DNA of 14,837 bases. It comes from an uncultured bacterium. GTDB lineage: Bacteria; Krumholzibacteriota; Krumholzibacteriia; Krumholzibacteriales; Krumholzibacteriaceae. The DNA lies in the NCBI GenBank assembly GCA_965371515.1, contig CBDUYR010000060.1:1-14837 (forward strand), in the 5' to 3' direction. The translations under genes were made by a program, and so were the position numbers. Position 1 is the first letter of the stretch. Each line of letters begins with the position of its first letter. This document shows positions 14,182 through 14,837 of the stretch, one piece after another. The notes beneath the pieces are model-generated. The model was not told the origin of the DNA and searched no databases. It was given only the letters and a program-made list of their open reading frames with translations.

Positions 14182-14481
14182 GCGGCTCCTTTTTATCAGC
14201 AATTTCTACTGGATTACTCTGAATCCAGCTTATCCGGAGTGTTTTTCTCACGGAAGCATTGGCTCATCCCTGCAGCTCCGCTCTTGTGAACACGCCATGA
14301 GTGTTGAGGAATTGTTCGGGTTTCATGGCACACGACCTCCATTACTGTGCATATATTGCCAGTTATGGCGAACGAGTGCAGGCATTATTCAGGATGGCAA
14401 CGGTTTTTGTGTTAAAAACACAGACGCTGAAAAGTCGGAGATCTGGGTTCCAGCATCAAAACGATACAAGTTCTTGCAGGA

Positions 14482-14504
14482 AAGTCAGCATAAAATGCTG
14501 ACTT
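14482..14504. terminator. Inverted repeat downstream of the 14568 gene (terminator or operator)
   Basis: AAGTCAGCAT-AAA-ATGCTGACTT, a perfect 10-bp stem about 64 nt past the stop. Confidence 0.5.
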
Positions 14505-14567
14505 CCCGGATATTTTTGGATCCTGATTCTCGGCAGATCTGCACCCCTGGATCAGGCAGGCTTCATT

Positions 14568-14837
14568 CTACCTGCTGACAGTATAGGCGCCGTGAAAATT
14601 AATCGTGCCGTCCGCGGCCAGGGTCAGGACTTCCGAAGCCGGAGTGTTCCATCCATCGACAGAATTCCAGGTTATGGTGTATTCACCGGGAACGACATAG
14701 TGGCTGAGCAGGGCAAATCCTCCAGTGCTGCCGGCGCTGAAGCTGCTCGGTCCGACCATGTTCCAACCGTCGCAGACACCAGCGGGCTCGCTGGTGACCA
14801 GGATCGTATTGGGCCCGGGAGTATAGAAGGCCGCGAA
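14568..14837 (-). CDS. 3' part of a paralog of the PEGA/Ig-like repeat lipoprotein, truncated by the window edge
   Basis: Colinear with 3890-4159, with 17 mismatches in 270 nt by manual count. The frame is open to the window end. Confidence 0.9.
   Translation of the reverse strand, partial: FAAFYTPGPNTILVTSEPAGVCDGWNMVGPSSFSAGSTGGFALLSHYVVPGEYTITWNSVDGWNTPASEVLTLAADGTINFHGAYTVSR

Noticed and set aside
14326..14341. TGGCAC as a sigma54 -24 box
   Set aside because: No GC or TTGC at the -12 position, and no downstream gene on that strand.
13952..14578. 208-aa plus-strand ORF
   Set aside because: It overlaps the C-GCAxxG-C-C gene antisense and an intergenic region with hairpins, and has no RBS or protein-like features.
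3890..14837. DGR-type diversification between the two PEGA-like paralog ends
   Set aside because: The differences include many synonymous C/T changes and non-A positions, both copies are open frames, and no C-type lectin domain or RT is seen.

Overview
GC-rich bacterial accessory region dominated by exported and surface proteins. The gene families suggest an FCB-group organism such as Krumholzibacteriota or Latescibacterota, which is an inference only. Intact genes encode a collagen-like lipoprotein, a membrane Ser/Thr kinase with a TolB-N-like domain and TPRs, two paralogous lipoprotein genes with PEGA/Ig-like repeats (one cut by the window edge), an exported GyrI-like protein, a beta-propeller-like lipoprotein, a 16-aa-repeat LA_2272-like protein, an S41 peptidase lipoprotein paired with an outer-membrane barrel, and a C-GCAxxG-C-C protein. 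An AT-rich islet carries a GIY-YIG-like ORF, an intact BrnA/CopG antitoxin and a BrnT toxin with an internal deletion. Three signals are not explained by the ORF track. (1) Several short orphan 3'-end remnants, three of them paralogous to genes that are intact in the same window. (2) A GC-rich hairpin element of about 55 bp in three co-oriented copies plus a variant. (3) A dense TGTCTCA heptamer array and several sigma54-like promoters in front of exported-protein genes. No transposase, integrase, reverse transcriptase, CRISPR array, tRNA or rRNA is visible. All family calls are by eye, without database searches.
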